Shown here: positions 28,559 to 38,099 of the stretch, in pieces
Numbering within the stretch: position 1 is the stretch's first letter
Layout of the letters: every line of letters begins with the position of its first letter
Virus record (IMG/VR): IMGVR_UViG_3300049924_000079
Coordinates: 1 to 61,334 of that record
Length of the DNA stretch: 61,334 bases
Strand: one strand, 5' to 3'
Source: a virus
Lineage: Duplodnaviria; Caudoviricetes
Notes under the pieces: model-generated
Databases searched by the model: none
Told to the model about the DNA's origin: nothing
The model's input: only the letters and a program-made list of their open reading frames with translations
Program-made: the position numbers and the translations under genes

Positions 28559-29164
28559 TTATGCGTTGTCAGGGAATAGGTAGTGTGCGCTCAAACGCAC
28601 CGAAGGTACTGCGGGGACTGGGGCCGCCACGGGCTCTGCGGACAAAAACACGTTCGTGTTCGACACCGCCCACGCCAGCTCCACGTAGTCTCCGGCCTGT
28701 AGCGTTAGCAACAGCGTGCGCGCGGACACCGACTCGGCGGTGCTAGACCCTACGTACACTTTGTTGGCGGAGTTCGGCACATCTACACCATTGACGCGGA
28801 ACCACGTGTGTGCGTGCCCCCCGGAGCCGGTGCTGTCTAGCTGTATGGACGCATGAAACATGTACATGCCTGCCACGGACACCAGTACCCGCGATGCGGG
28901 AGCGCCGGTGAGCTCTACGCCAGAACGCTCAACCACGGTTGTGTACGCTACCGGGTACGCCGTATTTGCCACGGCTGCCGTGATGCTGCCCGTGCTGACT
29001 AGCACTATGTACCGGTTGAAGCCTAAAAGCAGTTGCTGCAGACTGTTGCTGACTTGGTTGAAGTACAACCGCAGCGTGTTGTCGTGTCTGTCGTGGTACT
29101 CCGGCGCATACTGCGCGGGGGCTAGCGGTAGATTAGGAGCGACCGGAGGGCGTATCTGTGCCAT
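28559..29164 (-). CDS. Putative tail-associated structural protein
   Basis: APNLPLAP..LRLYFNQ N-terminus; beta-rich C-terminal domain (AGMYMF..SIQL..AGDYVEL). Confidence 0.65.
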   Translation of the reverse strand: MAQIRPPVAPNLPLAPAQYAPEYHDRHDNTLRLYFNQVSNSLQQLLLGFNRYIVLVSTGSITAAVANTAYPVAYTTVVERSGVELTGAPASRVLVSVAGMYMFHASIQLDSTGSGGHAHTWFRVNGVDVPNSANKVYVGSSTAESVSARTLLLTLQAGDYVELAWAVSNTNVFLSAEPVAAPVPAVPSVRLSAHYLFPDNA

Positions 29165-29230
29165 GTCTATTACCAGTACACGGCTTCTAGTTTTTTCCGC
29201 GCTGCGGCGGGTTTCGCATTAGTATACACG

Positions 29231-31567
29231 TCAACGTCTCCCATCAAGTCTGACATCAATTCGCGTAGCGCCTAGCTGCCACGTAGTGTCGAGTTGGTTA
29301 GACCGCACCTCCAAGGACATCTGCCGTCCCCGCACACGGGTGTTTACCTGCTGTGTGTATTTCTCTACGGGGTACGACGTAGTGCGCACCACGTCGCCAC
29401 TGGCACTGCCCCCTACCGAAGCCGGGTCGTTGTACCCCGCGCCCGAGCTTTTCAGCGCGGAGAGAGATAGCGTCACCGTAGGATTAGCCGCCGTAGACCC
29501 ACGGAATGTGAGGTCTGGTAGCACACGCCACACAAAACCAAACACCTGCCCGTCACCAATGTCGAACTCTGTCGAGCGGATGTACGACTCAAAAGGCACG
29601 GGGGTGCCAGAGGTGTTGTCGTTGAGCCCGTATTCATGGAACACCAGCGTGTCCTCATACGTCGCGGCGATAGGGTATGCGTTTAGGCCGGAGTCCCGCC
29701 ACGCGGTGCGGGCCATCTGCCCGTTGTACCAGCAGTTCTCCGCGTAGTTGTACACCACGTACCTGTTGATAGTGGTGCTGTCTTGCGTGCAGTAAAAGAA
29801 CCACACCTCATTGAAGCCTTCGTTGGTGCCTGCAAAGAACTGCGAGCCCTGCTCCCGGTTGATGTTCTCGAACACGTACTGTTTCAGGTCACAGACAAGC
29901 GTCTGTGTGCGCCCGTCGTATTTGTAGAACTTGTCCACACCCATCCAGTACACAACGCCTGAGGCCACCGCTACGGCGTGTGGGCCTACGATAGAGGTGT
30001 TGTCTGCCAGTAGCTGCGTGCTCCACACGTAAGGCGGGCCTATGTACTGCATCGAGTACACCGCCGAGTCCGTAAAAACCACAATCTCTTGCCGCGTCTG
30101 TACGGCGCTGATTATCGTAGACCCATTGGATATGCGCACCCCACCGGCTTGGTTCGTGGCCGCAGGCGTCCAGTTGACTGCAGACTCCTGATCGCTCCAG
30201 CGAATAAACATAGGGTCTATGTCGGTGGCCCCGATAGGGTTGACGCCGAGCGCGATCACGAACCGGCTAGTGTCCGAAATCAAAAGCACCTTGTGCGCTA
30301 TAGGCGTGTCGGACGCGCCTGCCAGCGACGCCAGCGGCAGCCCTCTTGTCTGCAGGTACTGTACGCCAGACTGTGTGCCCGATGTGTTTATCGCCGCTCC
30401 GCCGGGCGTAGTGGACAGGTTGCTTATATTCCCCACGGCGTTGCGCACGTAGTACACCGTGCCTGCGGTCAGCCCTGTCGGCAGCGTTCCGCTAGAGTAC
30501 AGCACAACGGCTGTATTTTCCTGCAACACCGTCGGGAACGTCACGACTGCCGGGGACGCTATGGTTATCTGCACCGCTTGGGGGGACATGCCAAAACGGG
30601 CATTCCACGAATAAAGGCTGCCGCCGTGGTATCCGAACACGAGGTCTTGTCCAAAATTGGCAAAGTTCCACGCCCGTATAGTGCCGGTGGACGTACTGCC
30701 TACGCCCCAAGGCCCCGCGCCCCACGCTCCTGCGCCCCACCCCGAGACGCTCCCGGAAATGTCCGACCCCACCGGTATGTCAAACACCGCAGTTACGGTA
30801 GCTCCGCCGGTACCCGTGTCGTAGGCGTTCGCAGGGGTGCCTATATCAATGCTAAACGTGTCCGCCGTTAGGCGCGTCAGTTGGAATGTGGCGTTCAGTA
30901 CGTCAGCGGTAGCCCCGGAGTCTACATACAGCGAGTGCACTCCAGACTGGGTGCCGGAGGTAGCTATCTGCGCGCCGTCGGGCACGTTCGCCAAGCGGCA
31001 CGTAAGCCCTGAAACGCCTACCACGTAGTACGTTACGCCTACTACAAGACCTGTGGGCAGTGCCCCTGTTGTGGACAGTATCACGGGCGTGTTCTGTGCG
31101 AGTGCGACCGATAGTGTCAGTACCGCCGGAGTGGCGATTGTCACGGTGAATGTCTTTGTGCTGAGTGCTGTGGCTCCGGCAAAGGTAACAAAGTCCCCGG
31201 TGGCTGCGCCGTGCCCCGCCGCCGTAACAGTAACCACACTTGAGCCCGCCGTAGCCGCAAAAGGCCCACTATACGTAGCGTATTTACGCACGGGCGTAAT
31301 GTCGTTGTACCCGCCCCCTGCCGCGATGTACGCTTTCAAGTTGGTTCCGACCGCATTCATTACAGTACCGGCCAACGAAGCCCATGTCCAAATGGAGCGG
31401 CACACCCCCTTGAAAGACTGCGCTGAAATCCGCGCCCACCCGCCGATACGCTCAGGCGTACCTTGTCGAAAGCGTACTTTGTCTGCGTCCCACCAGCCGC
31501 CCTCGTTAAAGAGGCGGGTATTTTCTTGGTTGACTCCGGCTTTGGGCGTGAACTTCTGAATGGGCAC
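29231..31567 (-). CDS. Tail tube/nozzle (P22 gp10-like stabilisation) protein
   Basis: KVRFRQGTPERIGGW, IRWSDQE, YWMG..FY.YDG, FNEVWFFY, RVRGRQ; beta-propeller-like; podovirus position. Confidence 0.7.
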   Translation of the reverse strand: MPIQKFTPKAGVNQENTRLFNEGGWWDADKVRFRQGTPERIGGWARISAQSFKGVCRSIWTWASLAGTVMNAVGTNLKAYIAAGGGYNDITPVRKYATYSGPFAATAGSSVVTVTAAGHGAATGDFVTFAGATALSTKTFTVTIATPAVLTLSVALAQNTPVILSTTGALPTGLVVGVTYYVVGVSGLTCRLANVPDGAQIATSGTQSGVHSLYVDSGATADVLNATFQLTRLTADTFSIDIGTPANAYDTGTGGATVTAVFDIPVGSDISGSVSGWGAGAWGAGPWGVGSTSTGTIRAWNFANFGQDLVFGYHGGSLYSWNARFGMSPQAVQITIASPAVVTFPTVLQENTAVVLYSSGTLPTGLTAGTVYYVRNAVGNISNLSTTPGGAAINTSGTQSGVQYLQTRGLPLASLAGASDTPIAHKVLLISDTSRFVIALGVNPIGATDIDPMFIRWSDQESAVNWTPAATNQAGGVRISNGSTIISAVQTRQEIVVFTDSAVYSMQYIGPPYVWSTQLLADNTSIVGPHAVAVASGVVYWMGVDKFYKYDGRTQTLVCDLKQYVFENINREQGSQFFAGTNEGFNEVWFFYCTQDSTTINRYVVYNYAENCWYNGQMARTAWRDSGLNAYPIAATYEDTLVFHEYGLNDNTSGTPVPFESYIRSTEFDIGDGQVFGFVWRVLPDLTFRGSTAANPTVTLSLSALKSSGAGYNDPASVGGSASGDVVRTTSYPVEKYTQQVNTRVRGRQMSLEVRSNQLDTTWQLGATRIDVRLDGRR

Positions 31568-31573
31568 GGCGGG

Positions 31574-31798
31574 CTACCTCACTCCGGCTGCAGCAATGCA
31601 TGTGTAGTAGATACTGCTCACCTGCACGGTGTTGTTCACCAGTGCCCCGAGCGTGTCGTCACTCAGCGGGGGTAGTTGTTTGGGGCAACTGGCTATTACC
31701 AGTGCCGACGGCCCCGCCGGAGAGGGCTTGTTGAAGGAGCTGCATCCCTGCAGGAGGAACGCGGCAGTCAGCGTACACAGTGTTAGTAGTCGTTTCAC
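31574..31798 (-). CDS. Rz1: Outer-membrane spanin (lipoprotein)
   Basis: Signal MKRLLTLCTLTAAFLLQG/C with lipobox; Pro-rich; overlaps the i-spanin in another frame. Confidence 0.8.
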   Translation of the reverse strand: MKRLLTLCTLTAAFLLQGCSSFNKPSPAGPSALVIASCPKQLPPLSDDTLGALVNNTVQVSSIYYTCIAAAGVR

Positions 31799-32006
31799 GA
31801 ATGACCTTTCCCTGAATGGTGGTGTAGACCTGTTTCTGCGACGCTACCGCTTGGGCCGCTGCCTCAGTTGCAGCAGTCACTGCCGCCGCTGCAAGGGTGT
31901 TCTCTCTAGCGCTCGCGGCTGTTGCGTGGTCTACGCCAAGCCTGAAACCACCGGCCCCGGCAGCCAGTGCTGCAACTAAGGCCGCGAGCGCGAAATATGG
32001 GTTCAT
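31659..32006 (-). CDS. Rz: Inner-membrane spanin
   Basis: N-terminal TM, Ala-rich helix, VIRE..VYADC. Confidence 0.8.
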   Translation of the reverse strand: MNPYFALAALVAALAAGAGGFRLGVDHATAASARENTLAAAAVTAATEAAAQAVASQKQVYTTIQGKVIRETTTNTVYADCRVPPAGMQLLQQALSGGAVGTGNSQLPQTTTPAE

Positions 32007-32212
32007 TGCTGTGGTTTAGCCTGCGAGATAACGCGGCCCAGTATGCCGCACGCAAGGATACAGACCGTAAAAATCTGCACCACGTTGGTGGGGATGGTCG
32101 CCTTCATGTCCTCGGGGAGCAGAACCCACGTGCTCTGCACTGCCGATGCAACAACCATAGCCTGCACGGAAAACATACGGGGCGCATCGCGCCAATTTTC
32201 GATCAATTTCAT
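32003..32212 (-). CDS. Putative holin (2 TM)
   Basis: AAGGAG RBS; MKLIENWR..FSVQAM..GILGRVISQ; between endolysin and spanins. Confidence 0.7.
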   Translation of the reverse strand: MKLIENWRDAPRMFSVQAMVVASAVQSTWVLLPEDMKATIPTNVVQIFTVCILACGILGRVISQAKPQQ

Positions 32213-32222
32213 AGTCAGCTCC

Positions 32223-32690
32223 TTAAACATCTTGCAAATTCTTGGCGATGCGCCGCGCCCATCCGCGCCCAAACACATCCCACGTAGACAGCCGGGTCAT
32301 GAACTCCAGCCGGTGTCCGTTGAACCTCGCTACCACTGTCTCCGCATCCAGTCTGCGCACCGCGTTCAGGGTCAACGCCCCAACTACGCCGTCGTCGGCT
32401 ACACCAACTGCCCGTTGAAGGAACCGAATGGCCTGCCCAATACCGCTGTTAACCGCCGTATCGAAAAGCTGAAAAGCCACGCTTGGCGGTAGTATATCGC
32501 ACTGTGCGCGATCCCAAAAGTCCTTTTTGTAGATGTCCTTGGCCTGCCCGAGCGTCAGGTTTGCGATGTCTACATTGGGGTAGCTGCGTTTGGATATGCC
32601 GAACTTGGTTTCGCCACCGGGGTCTCGCGGGTCTTGTACGTAGCCGCCTTCATGGGCAATGAGTTTGTCGAATGCCTGTTCAAAATTCAT
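32223..32690 (-). CDS. Endolysin, glycoside hydrolase family 108 with peptidoglycan-binding domain
   Basis: HEGGYV.DP.DPGGETKFGIS, FDTAVNSG, DGVVGALTL, FGRGWARR; start reassigned to MNFEQAF. Confidence 0.92.
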   Translation of the reverse strand: MNFEQAFDKLIAHEGGYVQDPRDPGGETKFGISKRSYPNVDIANLTLGQAKDIYKKDFWDRAQCDILPPSVAFQLFDTAVNSGIGQAIRFLQRAVGVADDGVVGALTLNAVRRLDAETVVARFNGHRLEFMTRLSTWDVFGRGWARRIAKNLQDV

Positions 32691-32800
32691 TTCCAAAACC
32701 TCGCTAGTAGTTTCAAAACACCCGCTACAACTGCCGCACATATTGCAAACACGACGGCCCCTGCACACCACAGCTCCCACGGCACCTCCACGGCGGTCAT
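32687..32800 (-). CDS. 37-aa single-TM peptide in the lysis cassette
   Basis: MTAVEVPWELWCAGAVVFAICAAVVAGVLKLLARFWK; ATGA overlap at both ends; absent from the ORF track. Confidence 0.6.
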   Translation of the reverse strand: MTAVEVPWELWCAGAVVFAICAAVVAGVLKLLARFWK

Positions 32801-33168
32801 TGCTGCCCTCCACTAGACAGCACCTTCGGGGGCACGCGCACCCCAGACCGTAGTAGCGCAATTTCGAGCTGCTGCTCCACACGCTTAAGTATCTCCAACA
32901 GTTCCTGCCGCTTAATGCCGCTGGCCTCCACACTGTCTATGCGTTTTCGCAGCGCCTCCAGCTCCAGCTCGTGCTGCGCCACTTTGTCCGTCAACTTGTT
33001 GACGCTGTTGAACGTGGCCCACGCCCCGCCCGTAATACCAACGACAGACACCGCCAATAGCGGCGGGATAATCTTGACTATGACAGCGTTCATGGCTGTC
33101 CATACCGGATGCTTGTCTAGCGGTGCGCTCGGTGGCGTATCCGCCGCTCTTCTATTTTCAAATGTCAT
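32797..33168 (-). CDS. TM plus coiled-coil protein (holin/antiholin-like)
   Basis: ENRR N-terminus, one TM, coiled coil; upstream of the endolysin. Confidence 0.6.
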   Translation of the reverse strand: MTFENRRAADTPPSAPLDKHPVWTAMNAVIVKIIPPLLAVSVVGITGGAWATFNSVNKLTDKVAQHELELEALRKRIDSVEASGIKRQELLEILKRVEQQLEIALLRSGVRVPPKVLSSGGQQ

Positions 33169-33638
33169 GGTGTTACCAACAAAAGCACAGTGTCTGTTAC
33201 ATATCCGGCATCAGTAAACATCTTACGCCCTGCGGCCTCGACTGTCGCGGCGCACAGTTCATGGCAGAACCACTTGTCTTGCGCGCCCCAAATACGGTCT
33301 GGCGACAGAGACAGGCCAAAGGCTCCGCGAAAGTCGTAGGGTTTCCCTACTTGTGACTGCACCCACGCCGCGCCTGCGGCTGCGTCAGGTACTTTGAACT
33401 CCCGGCGAGCCACCACTATCTGCCCGCGCAAAGCCTCGCTCAACGGCATCTGCACAACGCCTCGCAGCATAGTGGCATGGTACGCCGTATCATCGAAAAC
33501 AACGAGAGAATGGCTTGCCCGCGCCCACTTAAAACGGCTCACCGGTAGCGCCCAGCGGATGATAGTGGCCGTGATGTGCCACCACGGACGGCGCACAAAC
33601 AAAACCGTAACAGTACTTTTTTCAGCCACGTTCACCAC
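33165..33638 (-). CDS. Permuted papain-like NlpC/P60 (YaeF/YiiX-type) amidase/peptidase
   Basis: SHSLVV..HAT..GV..QVGKPYDF..WFCHEL (His before Cys). Confidence 0.8.
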   Translation of the reverse strand: MVNVAEKSTVTVLFVRRPWWHITATIIRWALPVSRFKWARASHSLVVFDDTAYHATMLRGVVQMPLSEALRGQIVVARREFKVPDAAAGAAWVQSQVGKPYDFRGAFGLSLSPDRIWGAQDKWFCHELCAATVEAAGRKMFTDAGYVTDTVLLLVTP

Positions 33639-34486
33639 CCCCTTTGCGTAGTAGTAGCATACGCCCAGTTTGCGTTGGTCACACCTACGATGTTACCTCC
33701 GCTAGCAGGGGCCACAGCGAATACTCCCAAGGAGTTCGAGACGCTGGTTAGTAAGCGCCGATTAAGTATGCTGACTGGGGATACAAACGCATTGTTACTT
33801 GTGGTGACGTTCGTTACCACGTCTCCCGGAGAATATCCGGCCTCCGCAGTTAGGCATTTGATTATGAAGTCCGATACGTAAAAGGCAGGGTCGGCCCCGA
33901 TGTTATGGTTCCTGCTGACAAAACTCGTTGAGCTAAAAAGCGTATTAGTAAAACCGCTGTTGTACCGCCCCATCAAAGCGTACCACGTAATGCTTGTCAC
34001 CAGCCCAGCAACAGATGTTGTTTCCCCAACGTACACACGCCGTGCTTGTACCGCCGATACGCCGTTGCCGACCTTGCCGACCATCTGTTGAATGTTGAAA
34101 GTGAACCTGCCGTTCGTGACATCGTCGGCCCCGCCCCACCGGTAGACCGGCGCAACAGTGCTACTGCCCGCCGTGCACGTGCCGTCTAGGTTAATGTCCA
34201 AGTACAGGTAATACGTGCCAGTCCCGAAAGAGCCCCATGTCGGGTTTGTGATAGTGCCTACGTAGTCTACCTGCCCCAGTGCGTCGAAGCCGTTAGCTGC
34301 CGTCACTCGCAGCGTGCCTGTGGCTGTTATCGACGTACCGCCCGTTGTGCCGCCGAATGCGGCGTACCCGTTTGTATCCACTGGGCCAGACAGCACGGTC
34401 TGGCGTATCGCTACTGGAAAAACGGCCCGCGCCTGCACGCTCCCGTCTGCAAACGTCAGTCCCGCGTCTGAAAGAGATGTTGTCAT
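33632..34486 (-). CDS. Tail fibre/receptor-binding-like protein
   Basis: GLTFADGSVQ, RQTVLSGPVD; T/G/S-rich beta structure. Confidence 0.6.
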   Translation of the reverse strand: MTTSLSDAGLTFADGSVQARAVFPVAIRQTVLSGPVDTNGYAAFGGTTGGTSITATGTLRVTAANGFDALGQVDYVGTITNPTWGSFGTGTYYLYLDINLDGTCTAGSSTVAPVYRWGGADDVTNGRFTFNIQQMVGKVGNGVSAVQARRVYVGETTSVAGLVTSITWYALMGRYNSGFTNTLFSSTSFVSRNHNIGADPAFYVSDFIIKCLTAEAGYSPGDVVTNVTTSNNAFVSPVSILNRRLLTSVSNSLGVFAVAPASGGNIVGVTNANWAYATTTQRGW

Positions 34487-34487
34487 A

Positions 34488-35177
34488 CTACGCTTTCTTT
34501 ATCCCGTACATGTAGATGGTGCCGCTGCTGATTGTGCCTGACATTCCTATAAAACGTACGGCGTTTACCGGGGTTGTGGTGGCCGTGTACTCCCCCGTCA
34601 AGTTGAGGTGCTGTGTCGTGCCGCCAGCAAGCGCTGTGCTCGTTGTCATCTGCACCTTCTTACGGGAGGTTCCTGATGCGGGGGCGAATAGTCGCAACTC
34701 TCCGCAAAGCCCGCCGAACGCAACTGTGCTACTTATTGATTGCCCGAGCTGCCACGCAAAATACGATGGCAGGTTGAATACTACAAGCCCTCCACCACCC
34801 GTCGTAAACGCTCTAGCGCCCACTGTAAAATACCCCGTACCCGCCTCCCAGCCCCCGCCGCTATGCGACACCTGCATAAACAGCCCGTCGCCGTCACTAG
34901 CCATAACTATGTTCACAAAGACAAAAAGGTACTCGTCGTAGGTGGCGTCAATGCCGGTGGTGAAGGCCAACGAGGCAGAACTCGCGGCTACTTTCTTGTC
35001 TATCAGGGCCATCGCCATGCCCCCGCCGTTTAGCGGCGTTATTGTGCCTGTGCTAGACAGCGTGAGGGCGTCCACCTTTGCCCCGCTGGGGCCGGTCTGT
35101 AGGACGAGTGCGCCGTCGTTGCCCCCGGTAATCGTGAGTGCGTCGTTCGCACCGCCTGCTTTAATTACTGTCGGCAT
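34488..35177 (-). CDS. Tail fibre-like protein
   Basis: ASSASLAF..IDATYDEY..SGTISSGTIYMYGI. Confidence 0.6.
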   Translation of the reverse strand: MPTVIKAGGANDALTITGGNDGALVLQTGPSGAKVDALTLSSTGTITPLNGGGMAMALIDKKVAASSASLAFTTGIDATYDEYLFVFVNIVMASDGDGLFMQVSHSGGGWEAGTGYFTVGARAFTTGGGGLVVFNLPSYFAWQLGQSISSTVAFGGLCGELRLFAPASGTSRKKVQMTTSTALAGGTTQHLNLTGEYTATTTPVNAVRFIGMSGTISSGTIYMYGIKKA

Positions 35178-35192
35178 GTGTGTTCCTCTGTT

Positions 35193-35765
35193 TTACAGCC
35201 ATGACTGCGCGCCCATACCTAAGGATATTCGGGTGATGCTCGTAATGTTTACGGTCAGGTTGGTGTCGTTGAATGTGGTTATGGCGTCCAGCACGTACCC
35301 GTTGGGTGCTGGGATTGATACATCATCCGCAATGCTCACGAGCACCACGTTAAACGTGTCGGTCGTTATGCCGCTGGCCAAGAATATGTTTTGGTCGTAG
35401 TTGAAGCTAGTTATCAGATTGCGTATTCGTATTTTCAGCCCGCCTGTCTGCGCGGAAGCCTTGCCGGAGTAGTCGCCCTGTATGCGCCACATATGCACCT
35501 GCCCCCCTATAGGGTTCTCAATCAGCCGTCCGGTGGGGGTAGTGCCCCGCGCGATGTCGAACATCGCTGCAAACGTCTGCGTCGGTGCAGAGAATGGAAA
35601 TGTGGTGGTCGGGAACGAGCTTAGCGTGGCTGTCGCTGCGCCTATATCGAATGTCTTGGGTGTCGCCGCTACAAAGTTAGCCAGCGCCAGCGTTGTGCCG
35701 AAGTTGGCTTTTACTTGTCCTGCGTTGGTGGTAAACCCATCCCGCCCGTCAATTACTACTGTCAT
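35193..35765 (-). CDS. Tail fibre-like protein
   Basis: MTVVIDG..G N-terminus; AAGGAG RBS; beta-rich. Confidence 0.55.
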   Translation of the reverse strand: MTVVIDGRDGFTTNAGQVKANFGTTLALANFVAATPKTFDIGAATATLSSFPTTTFPFSAPTQTFAAMFDIARGTTPTGRLIENPIGGQVHMWRIQGDYSGKASAQTGGLKIRIRNLITSFNYDQNIFLASGITTDTFNVVLVSIADDVSIPAPNGYVLDAITTFNDTNLTVNITSITRISLGMGAQSWL

Positions 35766-35774
35766 GCGCGCTCC

Positions 35775-36626
35775 TTATGCAATCACCCAGCGGCTGCCGC
35801 TAGGGACTGTTACCACTGCGCCGGTGGCAACGCTTACAATTCCCGCCGTGCTGGCGTTCTTGATTTTGCCAACGGAGTGTACGCCGCTCTGCGTGCCCGA
35901 GGTGTTTATTGCCGTGCCGCCGTCCGTTGCACTTACTTGAAAGGTGCTGCTGGTCAGCCCCGTCGCAAGAACAAAATACTCCGTGTTAATGGCCAGCCCC
36001 GTAGGTAGTGCCCCCGTAGTTGTGAAACGTACCTGCTGCCCCGCCACGTATCCGTGCGCAGCTTTAGTGATAACCGCTGGTGTGGCGATAGTGATGGTGC
36101 AGTTGCCCAGTGCCCCTTGTCCGAGCGTGTAGCTGCCCGTCACAAGTTTGTCGTTCTCGTAGAATATGGAGTCCCCGGTGGCTCCTGCCGCACCGCCGCT
36201 CCCCGACGCGCTGCTGCCTGCCGGTACAAAGTCGGCTGCCGCCGCACTCCACGCCACGATATACGCCTGCCCCGCAGGAACTCGCACACCCACAGTGGGT
36301 GTCGTAGGCCCGCCCTTTATAGTCAGCGGTGCGCTAGACGCATTAACCACCACGTATATCTTGCTCTGCTTGGGCGCTATTAAGGCGCGCTCTGCTGTGG
36401 GGGTGCCGGTGGCAATGAGGATGGCGCAGCGTGCTTGGTTCGTCGCGCCGCCGCCGGTTGTTGTCAGTGTCCAGTCAGCCGAAGTTACGTCGGCAGTGGC
36501 GTATCCGGCCACCGCGTCTTCTACCAATTGCGTTTGCTGCGCGTTGATCGCGTTGCCCCACGCGCCCACAAGCTCGCCTGTGGCCGGTTGAACGAGTCCT
36601 AGCAGTGGCGTGAACGCTGATGGCAT
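35775..36626 (-). CDS. Tail structural protein
   Basis: LLGLVQPATGEL.GAWG, IFYEN, NASTAG...VTVPSGSRWVI; start reassigned to MPSAF after AAGGA. Confidence 0.65.
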   Translation of the reverse strand: MPSAFTPLLGLVQPATGELVGAWGNAINAQQTQLVEDAVAGYATADVTSADWTLTTTGGGATNQARCAILIATGTPTAERALIAPKQSKIYVVVNASSAPLTIKGGPTTPTVGVRVPAGQAYIVAWSAAAADFVPAGSSASGSGGAAGATGDSIFYENDKLVTGSYTLGQGALGNCTITIATPAVITKAAHGYVAGQQVRFTTTGALPTGLAINTEYFVLATGLTSSTFQVSATDGGTAINTSGTQSGVHSVGKIKNASTAGIVSVATGAVVTVPSGSRWVIA

Positions 36627-36628
36627 GC

Positions 36629-36766
36629 CTATTCCTTGGTCTTTACGGGCACCCACGTTGAGGTGCCGCTACTTGTTGTATTTTGCCACGTACTTGCAGG
36701 CGTGTCCACTACAGGCGTCCACGCGCTCGTGCCCCCGTTTGTCGGCACCAAATCAAAACCAGACAT
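36629..36766 (-). CDS. 45-aa peptide with W-x-P-V-like repeats
   Basis: TAAGGAGG RBS; MSGFDLVPTNGGTSAWTPVVDTPASTWQNTTSSGTSTWVPVKTKE fills the gap exactly. Confidence 0.6.
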   Translation of the reverse strand: MSGFDLVPTNGGTSAWTPVVDTPASTWQNTTSSGTSTWVPVKTKE

Positions 36767-36775
36767 ATGCCCTCC

Positions 36776-37213
36776 TTATACAAGCCGCAGTATAGCGTCT
36801 GCCGGGGTAGCTGGGGGGAACTTGACCGTGAAGGTGCTGGTAGAAGTCTTGTCTGCCCCGAAGTCCAGTATGAAAAGGGCAGTCCCTGCACTGGCGGGCT
36901 CGGGGAGTACGTTTTTGTAGATGATCGCCCCACGGGCCGTAAGGGCGGCGTTGATAGTCACATCTGCAAAAGACATGTACACCGTGCTGCCCGAGGGTGT
37001 GGGGGGTTTGTTTATCGTCAGCACAACGCCACCGGGAGGGTACCCGGGTGCAACTACCTCTCCCTGAGTGTCGTATGCGGATACGGCGGGGCCACAAAGA
37101 GTTCTCTTGTTCGTGTACAGCGCCAGTTTATACACGTCAGTGTTGAAGTCGATGCCCCCCGCCATAAGGAGCTGCTTAAAACTGTTGCACACTGCGTTTC
37201 CGTTGAAGGGCAT
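36776..37213 (-). CDS. Conserved virion structural protein
   Basis: CNSFKQLL..YKLALYT..ARGAIIY..LDFGADKT..FP. Confidence 0.7.
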   Translation of the reverse strand: MPFNGNAVCNSFKQLLMAGGIDFNTDVYKLALYTNKRTLCGPAVSAYDTQGEVVAPGYPPGGVVLTINKPPTPSGSTVYMSFADVTINAALTARGAIIYKNVLPEPASAGTALFILDFGADKTSTSTFTVKFPPATPADAILRLV

Positions 37214-37884
37214 TATTGCACCGCCTGTCTAAACTGGCCGCCCCTGTAGGTGTCCGTGCGTAGCTGCCCGTCCCCTAGTCGCTTGGCCTGTACCAAGGCG
37301 TCTTTGAACATCTGGTCATACTTGGCCATCATGTCCGCTTCGCCTTTCATGAACGTGTACGCTTCCACCAGCGCGCCGTAGAGCAGCGCGGGGTCGTAGT
37401 TGTCGCCCAGCCATGTTGTTCCTGCCGTAACTATGGACTCGGGGAAGTAGTTGTAGTGCATCTCGACGTTATACAGCGTGTCGGCTGTGGGGGCCAGTAG
37501 CAGGGACAGCTCCTTCGTTATGACCTCTGGCGGGCCCGCGCTTACTGTCGGCCCGAATACGGCGTAGAAACGCGGTGTTCCTTGCGTGTTGGGGTTCGGG
37601 TATGCCTCGCGCAAGAAGTTCACGTCCTTGTTCAGCAAATAGCTGTAGTTGCCGGTCGTGGTATTCACCACCGCAAAAGAATACATGGACAGGAAGTCCG
37701 CTGGTGTCTCGACGTACTTGCTGCCTGCCGTGATACTGCCCGTCACGTTCTTGCGCAACGAAGGGAACTGCACCGTGTTATAGACACGCCTTTCCGCTTG
37801 CTCGATAAAGCGGTTCATGTCCACCGTGTCGAACGTGTTTTCTGTGGTGCTCTCGATTGCCGAGACTAACGCGGGGTAGTCCAT
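37213..37884 (-). CDS. Putative head-tail adaptor / tail tubular protein
   Basis: FIEQAERR..LRKN..KDVNFLREAYP..LLYGALVEAY. Confidence 0.65.
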   Translation of the reverse strand: MDYPALVSAIESTTENTFDTVDMNRFIEQAERRVYNTVQFPSLRKNVTGSITAGSKYVETPADFLSMYSFAVVNTTTGNYSYLLNKDVNFLREAYPNPNTQGTPRFYAVFGPTVSAGPPEVITKELSLLLAPTADTLYNVEMHYNYFPESIVTAGTTWLGDNYDPALLYGALVEAYTFMKGEADMMAKYDQMFKDALVQAKRLGDGQLRTDTYRGGQFRQAVQ

Positions 37885-37897
37885 CCGATCCTACCCT

Positions 37898-38098
37898 TCA
37901 AGCCATAGGGCCACGCGACATCGTGCCTTTTGTGGCCGCGCCTGTGCCGCGCATCTTGATGCCCGTGGTTTTCATTGGGGGGTAGTCGCTAGTGCGCGTA
38001 GTACCCGCGCAGGCCGTGCGGTCTTTGAACTGCTTAGCCCCGGTGCCGCCGCCCACGTCCGCGTTGGCTACTGTTTTTGGTTGTTTGTCGGTTGCCAT
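37898..38098 (-). CDS. Small basic virion-associated protein
   Basis: KTTGIKMRGTGAATKG..RGPMA. Confidence 0.65.
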   Translation of the reverse strand: MATDKQPKTVANADVGGGTGAKQFKDRTACAGTTRTSDYPPMKTTGIKMRGTGAATKGTMSRGPMA

Positions 38099-38099
38099 G

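Noticed and set aside
32690-32933. ORF-track N-terminal extension of the endolysin (also the longer starts at 9135, 52725 and 56630)
   Set aside because: They overlap better-supported genes or repeats; downstream starts have an RBS and family-typical N-termini
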